This document shows, piece after piece, positions 23,601-35,084 of a stretch of DNA of 60,353 nucleotides. The notes under the pieces are model-generated. The model searched no databases. It saw only the letters and a list, made by a program, of their open reading frames with translations, and was not told the origin of the DNA. The DNA is taken from positions 1 through 60,353 of the forward strand of contig NIVC01004110.1 of NCBI GenBank assembly GCA_002269645.1, written 5' to 3'. Origin of the DNA: Macrostomum lignano. Its lineage: Eukaryota. A program made the position numbers and the translations under genes. The stretch's first letter is position 1. Every line of letters begins with the position of its first letter.

Positions 23601-23953
23601 ACTACAGTGCTACATCTCTTAACTTTGTTTTACTGTGCGCCACATACAATAAAAGTTAGTACTTGATATTTTTCATGCGATTTTTTATCAAACACTACGT
23701 TTTTTGTGGTCAGTTTCCGGTGCATTAATTTTTCATTATTAATTCAAACAAATTATTGCCAATACATGCGCTGTTTCAACTTCAATTCAAATTAAATTAA
23801 TCTCAACATTGCTGACTTTTTAATGCGCAACAGTTTGTTGCAATAAAATTATTGTGCACAACTATCACTGAGCTTCTTCTATTACTTTTAGTGTGTCAGG
23901 GAAAATTTAGTTTAGTCAGGGAAGAAAAAAGTTACTGGAGCGCGGTCACCCTG
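20615..23953 (+). mobile_element. Full-length hAT-superfamily DNA transposon with 5-bp TSD (hAT5-like), 3339 bp
   Basis: TIRs CAGGGTGACCG at 20615 and CGGTCACCCTG ending at 23953. TATAT on both sides (20610-20614 and 23954-23958). Subterminal TCAGGGAA repeats. Contains a transposase gene. Confidence 0.9.
21202..23589 (+). CDS. hAT-type DDE transposase (~795 aa), split by two single-base indels
   Basis: N-terminal zinc finger YCKSC..HAKGKTH; SFDES, MDGPNVN, CSLH (CxxH), CRWLEN, VERGFS. Shifts at the T7 run 22411-22417 and near 23007. AATAAA near 23648. Confidence 0.88.
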
Positions 23954-24572
23954 TATATTGTATTATTGGCTTTATATTTTTTGCCTTTTTTGTAAGTGCG
24001 ACACTTACATTTATTAATAAGTTAGTTTATTAAGTTAGTATAGACATATATTAAATAGATATTATATTTAATCTAATTTAACCATTTCTATTATATATAC
24101 TATATTTTAATTTTTTTTAATAATTTGTTTTTAGGATTAGGAAAGAAAGTTATCAAGACCCTAGACTCCATTATAACTCACATGATCTCATTGCAATTTG
24201 TACTTTAATATATCTTATATTATCAATTGATTATCACTATCAATAGTGAAATTATGTTTAAGTTATAACTATAACATTATAGCCTATTCAAAATTCAAAC
24301 ACTTTCAGTTTTCTTACTTCTATAAAAAGCTTCAATTAAAATTCTAATTAGCTCTAATAGTTTAGTATGAGATACAATTTTTTACTAAGGTTATAGCAGT
24401 CAAGTGTAAGCATATAGCTGTTTAGGTCTTGCGCCTCTTGCGCCCACCTGCTCATCATGCTGCATCTGTGTGCCACCAACCCTGGAGATTAGGGGTGGGG
24501 GTTGCCCACCTAGCCTGAGCTATATGGGGGTTGGGGTTGATTGTCTAATGCATTGGCCTATTTAACCTGATT

Positions 24573-25212
24573 GTGTGCATACAATTGTGTGCAATTTTCT
24601 GCCGAGGCGCTGGCGGGCAGGTAACAAAGCTTCCGTGCTGTCAGCAGTTCGTCTACCTCGGTGGTCTGGTACCTGATGTCCGCGAAGATCTGCGGCGTCG
24701 CCGCGGGCTCGCTTGGGCTGCCTTTCGCTCTGTGAGGGCGGTCCTGCAGTCCGAGGCCCTGCCTGACCGCCAGAGGGTGGCGCTGTTCCAGGCGGTGGTC
24801 GAGACCATCCTGTTGTACAACGCTGAGACCTGGACGCTGACGGCTGCGCGCCGCCTTCAAGATCAGCGATGAGCGGATCACTACTACGCGGTACTCTATC
24901 GCCGCGCCTGCCTGGCCCGTCCAAGTGAACTGCTGCAACTTCGGCGACTCCAGTTGGCAGGCCTCATCATCCGCGCCGAGCCGAGTCGTACTGCCCGCAG
25001 CCGGTGCAGGAGGTGCTGCTGCTGACGCTGCAGGCTCCCTACCGGCGCGGCCAGGCCCGAACTCGGCGTTTCGTTGACTGCCTACTGGCCGACGCTGGTG
25101 CCCCAGACTCTGCCGGTGGTGCGGCCTTTGTTCGCACCCAGGCTCTGAAGCGTGCCCTGTGACGCTGCATTTTTCCACCTGACAGCGTACTTTGTTGTTG
25201 TTGTTGTTGTGC
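24573..25212 (+). mobile_element. Degenerate RTE-clade LINE 3' fragment
   Basis: FVYLGG..LAWAAF..VVETILLYNAETWTLT is the RTE post-RT signature. Internal deletion and frameshifts; (TTG)n tail near 25190-25210. Confidence 0.85.
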
Positions 25213-25798
25213 AAAAAACATTTTGCTCAAATACAAATACAAATTAATTTGGTCTGCATTAGCTACTGCCAGCTTCAAGGTTAAAATAAGAGTGAAGTGA
25301 AATATAAAAAATTAAGCAATGTTAGTTTCTAAAAGTTAAATTCATTTCACATTAATGATGAGATTAAATTGTGAATTATGCATTTTTTTAGATGTGCAAT
25401 TTCCACATTTTAGATGCTAGCCCTAGCCAGTAAGGCAGCATAGTTTACCCTAAAAATGATTAGGTAACAATTTGTGCACTATTTCTATATACTGTTTCCC
25501 CCAACCTACCCTAACTATGTAAATTTATAAAAGGACAGCTAAAACAAATATTTTTTTGAAATATTTGGGTTAAATCAAGATATACACTTTGAACATTTAT
25601 ACGAGATGCATCGTAATTCCTTTTTGTAATTTGTCCCCTAAAATACTATGGGATTTTATTTATGAAATGGTGTATAGTGTATAGTGTAATATAAATATGA
25701 TTAAATGATTTTTTTATGTATCAATCTTTTCTAAAAAAAGAAAAAATGAATGATTTTACATTTCCTTTAAAATATTTTCCAGCTCAACAGACTATAAA

Positions 25799-28700
25799 AT
25801 GGCTGGCTTTACCCCCAAACCATCTGGTAGTCTATTTGGCGGGACTAGCTCTGCTGGGTCTCCATTTTCTGGCTTTGGCGCTCCGTCAACTGCCGCTGGA
25901 ACTGCCACTACAGGATTTTCTGGCTTTGGCACTCCGTCAACTGCCGCTGGAACTGCCACTACAGGATTTTCTGGCTTTGGTGCTCCGTCAACTGCCGCTG
26001 GAACTGCCACTACAGGATTTTCTGGCTTTGGCACTCCATCAACTGCCGCTGGAACTGCCACCACAGGATTTTCTGGCTTTGGTGCTCCGTCAACTGCCGC
26101 TGGAACTGCCACTACAGGATTTTCTGGCTTTGGCACTCCGTCAACTGCCGCTGGAACTGCCACTACAGGATTTTCTGGCTTTGGTGCTCCGTCAACTGCC
26201 GCTGGAACTGCCACTACAGGATTTTCTGGCTTTGGCACTCCATCAACTGCCGCTGGAACTGCCACCACAGGATTTTCTGGCTTTGGTGCTCCGTCAACTG
26301 CCGCTGGAACTGCCACCACAGGATTTTCTGGCTTTGGTGCTCCGTCAACTGCCGCTGGAACTGCCACCACAGGATTTTCTGGCTTTGGTGCTCCGTCAAC
26401 TGCCGCTGGAACTGCCACCACAGGATTTTCTGGTTTTGGTGCTCCGTCAACTGCAGCTGGAACTACCACAGGTACTTTGCCAGGCTTTGGAGGCTTCGGC
26501 GCTGCATCTTCCACCGCAGCCAGTACAGCTGGAGCGAACCCGTCAGCCTTCGCCGGTGTCGGCAGCGCTGGGACCGGCTTCTCGGGCTTCGGGTCCAGCG
26601 CAGCTGCCACACCTGCCGCTTCCACCGCCACCACAGCCGGCTCTCTGACCGGATTCAGCCTGTCTTCAGCGACTTCCACTGCAGCTCCGGCCACTGCGGC
26701 ATTCAGCGGCTTCGGACAGCAGACAGCAGCTTCCACCGCCGCCCCGGCGGCTGGCAGTGCCACCTCTTCAGTGGCTGCCACCACAGCTGCCAGCCTAATC
26801 GGCTTTGGCCTCTCCGCAGCCTCTGCCTCGGGCGGCTCTACGTTGCCATCGTTTGGCGCCAGCGCATTCAGCGCAGCGAAGCCGGCGGTAGCCACTACCG
26901 CTGCTAAATCTGTGGGATTTCAGCTGCCCGCAGCGTCATCGGCCTCGGCTGCTGCGGTGCCCGCCGCCTCGTCTGCGGCAGCCGCTGCTACCAGCAGCTC
27001 CGGAGCGGCCGGGCAGACCAGCGGCAGCCTCACCTATCAGCAGCTGGACGAGCTGGTCAGCCAGTGGACTGCCGAGCTGGTGGATCACGAGAGACAGTTC
27101 CTGGAGGAGGCGGCGCGGATCAACGCTTGGGACCGCTATTTGCTGGAGAACGGGAAGAAGGTTAGCAAGGTTTATTAAGCATGGTAGCACTCACCATGGC
27201 AGAGACATGATTTATATACATGCTACTTAGTATCCAAAGAATTAGCTTCAAATTCTCCCCTATAATAGCCGGGGCTCTGAGCACTGCCGCAAATCAAACA
27301 AGCCAGCTGGCAGGCAAGCAGTTTGGCCCAGTTCCGCCCAGTTCCGCCCACGCCCACAGTAAACATTGTGACTTGCCCCGCCCGAAATCGCACAAGTCCC
27401 TCCCCTGGTCAATTGCATAATGCTAATGCAATTATCTCAGTTTGCACTACTTACAGCAACAGTAGTATATGTACAGTATAGCTAGCATACTTCTGTTTCG
27501 CCTAAATCCGGCACTGCCTGACCACACCTTTGCCCTCAGATTGGCGAGCTGCAGGAGCAGGTGGACCGGGCGGTCTCAGACCAGACCAGGCTGGACCAGG
27601 AGCTCGAGTTCCTGGCCTCGCAGCAGCAGGAGCTGGAAGAGGCCCTGGCGCCCCTGGAGCAGGCGGTGCAGGCCATGCCGCCCACCGGCCAGTCGCAGGC
27701 GGACAGGGAGCGGGAGGCGCTGTTCAACCTGACGGAGAGTCTGGACTCTGAGCTGCGGCATTCGATGCAGGAGGTTCGAGAAGCTGTGGAATATGTCAAC
27801 AGCCAGCAGGGCGGCGGCGGCTCCGGCAGCAGCGGCGAGGGGGACGCCATGGGCAAAATCAGCCGGATTTTGGGTGCCCACCTCGAGTCGCTGCAGTGGA
27901 TCACCCACACCACGCGTGAGTTGGCGATTGGGATATGGTGGGTTTTTCGCTGGGTAAAGAACTTTTAACACGGCGGAGTTTGTGTGCAGTTTTTGTTGTT
28001 GTCAGGGTGTGGGGTTGTCAGGGTGTGGGGTTGTCAATGTGTGTTGTGTTGGCAGGGTGAGGTTGTCAAGGTGTGAAGTTGTCAACGTGAGGTTGTCAGG
28101 GTGAGAGGTTGTCAGGGTGAGGTTGTCAGGGTGTGGGGTTGTCAGGGTGTGGAGTTGTCAGGGTGAGAGGTTGTCAGGGTGTTAGGTTGTCAGGGTGTGG
28201 GTTGACAATGTGTGTTGTGTGGGCAGGGTGTGAGGTTGTCAGGGTGAGAGGTTGTCAGGGTTCGGGGTTGTCAATGTGTGTTGTTTTGTCAGGGTGTGAG
28301 TTTGTCAGGGTGTGAGGTTGTCAGGGTGTGGGGTTGTCAATGTGTGTTGTGTTGGCAGGGTGTGAGGTTGTCAGGGTGAGAGGTTGTCAGGGTGTTAGGT
28401 TGTCAGGGTGAGAGGTTGTCAGGGTGTTAGGTTGTCAGGGTGAGAGGTTGTCAGGGTGTGGGGTTGTCAATGTGTGTTGTGTTGGCATGGTGTAATGTTG
28501 TCAGGGTGAGAGGTTGTCAATGTGTGTTGTGTTGGCAGGGTGTGAGGTTGTCAGGGTTCGGGGTTGTCAATGTGTGTTGTTTTGTCAGGGTGTGAGGTTG
28601 TCAGGGTGTTAGGTTGTCAGGGTGTGGGGTTGTCAATGTGTGTTGTGTTGGCAGGGTGTGAGGTTGTCAGGGTGAGAGGTTGTCAGGGTGTTAGGTTGTC

Positions 28701-30084
28701 AGGGTGAGAGGTTGTCAGGGTGTTAGGTTGTCAGGGTGAGAGGTTGTCAGGGTGTGGGGTTGTCAATGTGTGTTGTGTTGGCATGGTGTAATGTTGTCAG
28801 GGTGAGAGGTTGTCAATGTGTGTTGTGTTGGCAGGGTGTGAGGTTGTCAGGGTGAGAGGTTGTCAGGGTGAGAGGTTGTCAGGGTGTGAGTTTGTCAGGG
28901 TGTGAGGTTGTCAGGGTGTGGGGTTGTCAGGGTGAGAGGTTGTCAGGGTGTGGGTTGACAATGTGTGTTGTGTGGGCAGGGTGTGAGGTTGTCAGGGTTC
29001 GGGGTTGTCAATGTGTTTTGTTTTGTCAGGGTGTGAGGTTGTCAGGGTGAGAGGTTGTCAGGGTGTTAGGTTGTCAGGGTGTGGGGTTGTCAATGTGTGT
29101 TGTGTTGGCAGGGTGTAATGTTGTCAGGGTGAGAGGTTGTCAATGTGTGTTGTGTTGGCAGGGTGAGAGGTTGTCAGGGTGTTAGGTTGTCAAGGTGAGA
29201 GGTTGTCAATGTGTGTTGTTTTGTCAGGGTGTGAGGTTGTCAGGGTGAGAGGTTGTCAGGGTGTGGGTTGACAATGTGTGTTGTGTGGGCAGACAATGTG
29301 TGTTGTGTGGGCAGGGTGTGAGATTGTCAGGGTTCGGGGTTGTCAATGTGTGTTGTTTTGTCAGGGTCTGAGTTTGTCAGGGTGTGAGGTTGTCAGGGTG
29401 AGAGGTTTTCAGGGTGTTAGGTTGTCAGGGTGTGGGGTTGTCAATGTGTGTTGTGTTGGAAGGGTGCGAGGTTGTCAGGGTGAGAGGTTGTCAGGGTGTT
29501 AGGTTGTCAGGGTGAGAGGTTGTCAGGGTGTGGGGTTGTCAATGTGTGTTGTGTTGGCAGGGTGTGGGGTTGTCAGGGTGAGAGGTTGTCAGGGTGTTAG
29601 GTTGTCAGGGTGAGAGGTTGTCAGGGTGTGGGGTTGTCAATGTGTGTTGTTTTGTCAGGGTGTGAGTTTGTCAGGGTGTGAGGTTGTCAGGGTGAGAGGT
29701 TGTCAGGGTGTTAGGTTGTCAGGGTGTGGGGTTGTCAATGTGTGTTGTTTTGTCAGGGTGTGAGTTTGTCAGGGTGTGAGGTTGTCAGGGTGAGAGGTCG
29801 TCAATGTGTGCTGGGTTGTCAGGGTGTGAGGTTGTCAGGGTGTGGGGTTGTCAATGTGTGAGGTTGTCAGGGTGTGGGGTTGTCAGTGTGTGCTGGGTTG
29901 TCAGGATGTGGTGGATATCTTGCCAGCATAGTTGTCAGGTGTGCAGTGGTCAGGGTATTTGTATATTGGTTGTCAAAGTGTTCAGCTAAGAATGATGAAC
30001 AATAATTTGATTGCAGAATCCCTTCAGAGAAAGATGGACTCGCTGTCGGAAGAAATCAAACTGAAGCAGCGCAGCTTTATTTGA
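25799..30084 (+). CDS. nup62: Nucleoporin p62 (FG repeats plus Nsp1-like C-terminal coiled coil), complete copy
   Basis: Exons 25799-27160, 27540-27915 and 30017-30084 with consistent phases. LTYQQLDELVSQW..FLEEAARINAWDRYL..RLDQELEFLASQQQELEEAL..LESLQWI. AATAAA near 30240. Confidence 0.95.
25861..26470 (+). repeat. Coding 51-bp minisatellite, 12 copies (GFSGFG[A/T]PSTAAGTATT), in nup62 exon 1
   Basis: Exact 51-bp period from 25865 to 26426. Confidence 0.97.
28000..29935. repeat. Complex G/T-rich minisatellite (GTTGTCAGGGTGAGAG-type) in nup62 intron 2; copies at ~36452-37858 and ~41050-43230
   Basis: Tandem ~16-bp units interspersed with AATGTGTGTTGTG blocks. Confidence 0.95.
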
Positions 30085-30364
30085 ACATTGGACTTCAATA
30101 ATGTCGGCTTCTGTTGTGTACGAGTAATGAACTTCTATAATGATTCAAATGTCCCAGTGTCACCTTGGCTGCTAAGAAGTGCATTTTTCAATGACTACTT
30201 GTTTACTAGTGTGCGTATACTTATAATCGTGTATGACAAAATAAATAGTCGAAAATTCAAGACACAAGTGCCGCTGCAATTGACTCATAAATTATCATTA
30301 ACGCATAAAATGCTGTCTTTCTCGTATCTTGTATTTATTTCATGCTAAATTAGGAACTCAAGAG

Positions 30365-31108
30365 TCAGCCGGCTATTGGAAGCTCCTTGGTGGCTGCTCT
30401 GCGCCTGGCGAATGACTCGAATAGAGTCCACCGCTGAGTCAGGGCTGAAGGCTTTCCGCTACCCGTCAGCTGCAGGTCCAGCCTGTCTATGGCCCAACCC
30501 TTGGACAGGTTCGACGACGGCTGTGTGCTGAGTATGCTGGGCCTCATCTCCGCGGCGTCATTTGGTTGGGAAGAGGAGTCTGGCTTAGTGGCCGATCTGA
30601 AAGAAAAGTGCGAGAGTGCAAGTCTGCGAGCTGCGGGTTGCTTGCTCGACTTCAGGAAAAAATCCGCCTCACCCAGGCGAGTCCGTAGACGAAGCGTAGA
30701 CGTAGAAGAGGCCGCTGGACTTGCTGCCCTGCAGCTCGCACTTGACCCGAATTTGCCGATTGGGCCCGCTGCCGGCCAGCTGGCTCAGATCCGTGAACTG
30801 ATCGGCCTCGCGCCGGGTTACCAGCTTGGTGAGGCGGATCTGCTTGCCCAGAATCTGCTGCATCTGAGGATAATCCTGAACCAACTGCAGCGCCTGTGTG
30901 CAGTACTCTGCCTGCAGCGACTTTCCTGCAATGTTTTCCATATTGAGACTGAGCCAAATTCCCATTTTTAGAGCTTGTCTGAGCACGATAAGCACAACTT
31001 ACTACTGGAATATTTGCTCCAAAAGTAGTATGTTGCGCAACCAGTCGCGGCCAGGATGTTAAACCGTAAAATGCCTGACATGCCCCCGGGACTGTGGCGC
31101 TTAAACAT
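30365..31108 (-). CDS. coa1: Cytochrome c oxidase assembly factor 1 homolog, copy 1 (196 aa)
   Basis: Exons 31108-31003, 30925-30673 and 30596-30365 (591 nt, phases consistent; introns 77 and 76 bp). N-terminal TM, then ALQLVQDYPQMQQILG, LQGSKSSGLFYVYAS and WAIDRLDLQL, resembling COA1. Confidence 0.8.
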
Positions 31109-31974
31109 GTCTGGATTTTTGGTTTGAAAGAATGCTCAGCTGCATGAAAATGGTAGGTCAGGCTTGAGTAAATTGTCTCACCTATTAAAGCTTGTCTGGA
31201 TTTCACAAAGCAGCTGTTTCCAGCAACATGTAAAATAAAAAGCCCAAACAAAAAATAATTAATAATGCGGAGTCTGGAGACTCGATGACGCAGTGTAAGT
31301 GCGGTTGAGAAGGACATTATATTTCAGTGAAAACTGTGCATGCTTTTCCAAAACATCAATTAGATAGAAGTTATGAATAAATACGAATTGCACAATTGTA
31401 GTTGCAGTAACACAAATATCAAATAAAAAGTGCAGAAAACTGCTTTTATTCGTGAGTGAGTGCTTTTAAAGAGATAAAAGGCTCCTTCTAAAGAAAATTC
31501 TTTATACGATTGCAGGAAATCAAAGCACTTAAAATCGTGACATTCAAGATAGAAAGTACATTAGCTCTAAGGCATTGGTAATCAATTCTAAAAAAACTAT
31601 TAAAATTATTGCTTTAAGAGCAACATAGCAAACCTGAAAAGGGCAAAAGCAGGTGCAAAACATTTTATACAATTCGGTGCAAAAGCAATGGCTGGATTTT
31701 TAAATAGCTGGTCAGTGAAACACGAAAACTACAAGACACGTAAGATTTGAGTATTTGCTGTAAAATTCGGTAAAAAGTGAGAGAAAACACTGGACCCCAG
31801 AAACAGCTGCATTGAATACAAAAAACAATATTGATACTTTGAACAGTTTAGTAAAGCATTGGAAGTGACGCTAGCAAAACAATTGGGGATACGGTGACCA
31901 TAGCAACGGTTTTTGTTTACTTTAGATACGGCTTGTTGTAATCTAAACCTATCCAAATATACGCCAGGTCAATC

Positions 31975-32262
31975 ACTGTGCTCATGCGCTCGTGTACTTA
32001 TGTGCTCATGTACACATGTGCTCATGTACACGTACTCATGTACTTATGTGCTCATGTACACATTTGCTCATGTACTTATGTGGTCATGTACACATTTGCT
32101 CATGTACTTATGTGCCCATGTACAAGTACTCATGTGCTCATGTACACATTTGCTCATGTGCTTATGTGCTCATGTACACGTACTCATGTACTCATGTACA
32201 CATATACTCATGTGCTCATGTAGACATGTACTCATGTGCTAACGTACACGTGCTCATGTACA
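31975..32262. repeat. TGCTCATGTAC-based ~16-bp minisatellite; second copy at ~45271-45558
   Basis: Alternating TGCTCATGTACACATT and TGCTCATGTACTTATG units. Confidence 0.9.
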
Positions 32263-33129
32263 CATTTCCCACCTATCGTCAACATGATGGACATTCAGTA
32301 CCTTCGACGCGACGATCAAAGCATTAAAAAGAGAATTTCAGCCTCTACTGTCAATCAATCAATCAATAATACACCGGCTGGTCTCGGGTGGTGCAGCCAT
32401 CGCGGATCTCTTCATACAGCGGGTACGTGGCCGCCGCGGCGGAGCCTCCGACCACACCGCTCTGATTCGGCTGCTGCGACAGAAGCTTCGACTGGCACGA
32501 AGGGCTGCCGACTCCGCTGTGGCTGCTGCTGGTGCCGGCCGACTGCTGCCGAATCGCCGGCGGCGGAGGCCGCGGAGGAGGCGGCAGCTGCTGCTGCTGC
32601 TGTTGTTGTTGTTGACTGCGGACCGAGCTCGAAATAACCGGACCAGGTACCAAACCCCTACCGCTGACAGAGCCAGCGACAAAGGCTGAGCACAGAGGGC
32701 CGGACCGAGCCACATCCACCGCCCCTGAGCCAGGAGCGGTGACCGATTCCCGGCGCTCTTCGCCGCCCGAAGAACGGGCGTTGCCTCCCCCCCGCGACAA
32801 AGACGCGGCGCCGGATAGGGCCTGCTGATTACCCAGCAGGCTGGGAGTAAATCCCAGGGTTTGCTGCTGCTGTTGCTGCTGGTGGCGAAAGCTTGGCGGC
32901 TCGGCGAGCACGGTGAAGATGGAGAATTCGCTGAACGCCGTGCCGTCGGGCAGGTCGTAGGGAGTCGGGCCGCTGCCGCCTCCGCCGACGCCACCCCCAG
33001 TGGGGTATTTGTAGCCGCTGGAGACCGCGTTCTGTCGCCGGTCGTAGGTCGAGTCGTCGGCATCGTCAGAAGACCGGATGGCCGCCTCCTCGAAGGTAAT
33101 GACGCCGATCTGGGCGATTGAAACGGATT

Positions 33130-33335
33130 AGGGAGGATTGAAGATTTAGGGTGGATTAACGATGGATTAAGGATTATAAATGGCTTGAGGATTAGGGATA
33201 GATTGAGGATTTAGGATGGATTAACGATGGGTTGAGGATTGGGTATGGGGGTTGAGGATTAGGGATGGGGGTTGAGGATTAGGGGTGGGGGTTGAGGATT
33301 AGGGGTGGGGGTTGAGGATTAGGGATGGACTAAGG
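33130..33335. repeat. G-rich 20-bp repeat containing TTAGGG (GATTAGGGATGGGGGTTGAG)n; other copies at ~37858-37930 and, expanded, at ~46540-46765
   Basis: Tandem units with GGG and GGGGG tracts. Confidence 0.9.
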
Positions 33336-34009
33336 GTTAAGAATGAGTTGCGGATTAAAGATGGATTAAGGATGGTTAAGTCTGAGCTAAATGAGTATTA
33401 AGGATGAGTTGCGATCATAGATTGAGAAGATTCTCAGACGTCACAAGTAGAGTTGCTAACTAATAGCAATATTAGACTACATGGATGAAGTTAAACATGT
33501 GCCGCAGACTTATCAATTACTAATGAATAGAAAATGGTTTCAGTCAGAGGGTCACTTTTGTCTAAATTCATCCAAGCCTTCTAATTAAAGAATGCGCCGG
33601 ATTTCCGGGTTGCCAATAGCAACAGAAAATCAGCCTTAATAAATAATTTATAAATCTGTCCTATTCCAAATCGGATTCATTTTCAGCAGACAAAATAGCT
33701 GGACAACTAAAGCCTATGTAATCGGTCTCATTAGCTTAATTTATTAATGAGATACTCTAAACAAACCCTCAGACAGTGGTTGCCAAGGCGACTGGAAGGA
33801 ATAGAAAGGGAAAATGATATCTATGTGACTGGCTAATTAGCATAATTAGCGACACGGCGACGCTATTGCATAAACACAGATTGCCCCGTAACTTGGCCGA
33901 GGAGTAACGGGCATTCGGTCTCCAGTAGTCAAGGGAACGCCTAGCAAAAACAGCTGCCTCGCTAGCAGCCCCAAATCTATTCCATCTGAAAAAAAACAGA
34001 AAAACAGAC

Positions 34010-34378
34010 AGAGGGGAAGTCAAGCGGAAGGGAAGACATGCTAAGGGAAGCCAGGTAAATAAGAAGACAGGTAGAGGGAAAGGCAGGCAGAGGGGAAGAC
34101 AGGCAAGGAAAGACAGGCAAAGGGAAAGATAGGTAGAGGGGAAGACAGGTAGAGGGGAAGACAGGTACAGAGGAAGACAGGTAGAGAGGAAGACAGGGAG
34201 CGGGGAAGACAGGTACAGAGGAAGACAGGTAGAGAGGAAGACAGGTAGAGAGGAAGACAGGTACAGAGGAAGACAGGTAGAGAGGAAGACAGGGAGAGGG
34301 GAAGACAGGTAGAGAGGAAGACAGGGAGAGGGTAAGACAGGGAGAGAGGAAGACAGGGAGAGGGGAAGACAGGTAGAG
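34010..34378. repeat. Purine-rich ~16-bp repeat (AGAGGAAGACAGGTAG-type); copies at ~38610-38977 and, longer, at ~47445-47947
   Basis: Tandem units in the last tmem145 intron. Confidence 0.92.
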
Positions 34379-35084
34379 ACTCCCAATCCCAAGACACACT
34401 ACACACTGGAGCACAAAAGGAGTGAGGTAAAGTGGCGGAGATGACAGTGAACAGAAGCTGTAAATTTTGCTCACCTGCGAAGTCTTGATATGAAAGGGGA
34501 AGTTGGTGTTGGACACGGTCGGCCTGGTGATGACCAGATAGAACAGTTGGGCAGCGAACAGGATGCCCAGCTCAACAAAGTTGACGACCTTCTCTCTCAT
34601 GTAGTCGGGCACCCTGGTGATGTTGATGGCCACGGCAATGGGGGTGCTGAGCAGCCACAGAGAGAAGAAGGCCGCCATTGGCGCGTAGAACGAGCGCTTC
34701 CTGCGGTGCCTGACGAACGAGTAGCCGCAGCCGGCGATGTAGAACAACCAGGCGGCCAGCATCAGGGCGATGAGGCCGTAGCCCGGCTGGCTCTCCCACC
34801 TGTACAGCACCAGCGCCGGGTCGAAGGTGGCCGCCTCCACGGCGAAGAGGGCGACGTAGCCGACTGCGAATGCCGTCATGAAGACGGAGATGAGCGCCGT
34901 GGCCCAGGTGGGCAGCCGGCCGCAGGTGATTGTGTAGCCGAGGCTCAGCAGCAGCAGCATCATCACGAATGCGATGCTGGCCAGTGAGTGCAGCGCCGCG
35001 GCTGCGGGTGGGGTCATTTGAGGTCAGGCTGAGTGCATTGGGTCATGCAGAATAGATGAACTGCGATTGATTTTCTGATGTCAC

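Noticed and set aside
24415-24540. Hairpin-rich segment upstream of the RTE relic as an HDV-like ribozyme
   Set aside because: P1, P2 and L3 could not be paired consistently.
25716-26895. Overlapping and antisense repeat ORFs (QDFLALAL.., VDGAPKPENP..)
   Set aside because: Shadow frames of the nup62 coding repeat.
27200-27285. Possible box C/D snoRNA in nup62 intron 1 (ATGATT..CTGA)
   Set aside because: The C box has two mismatches and there is no convincing terminal stem.
28000-29935. TCAGGGTGA in the nup62 intron array matching the hAT terminus
   Set aside because: Only 8-9 bp of identity, expected by chance; no other transposon sequence is present.
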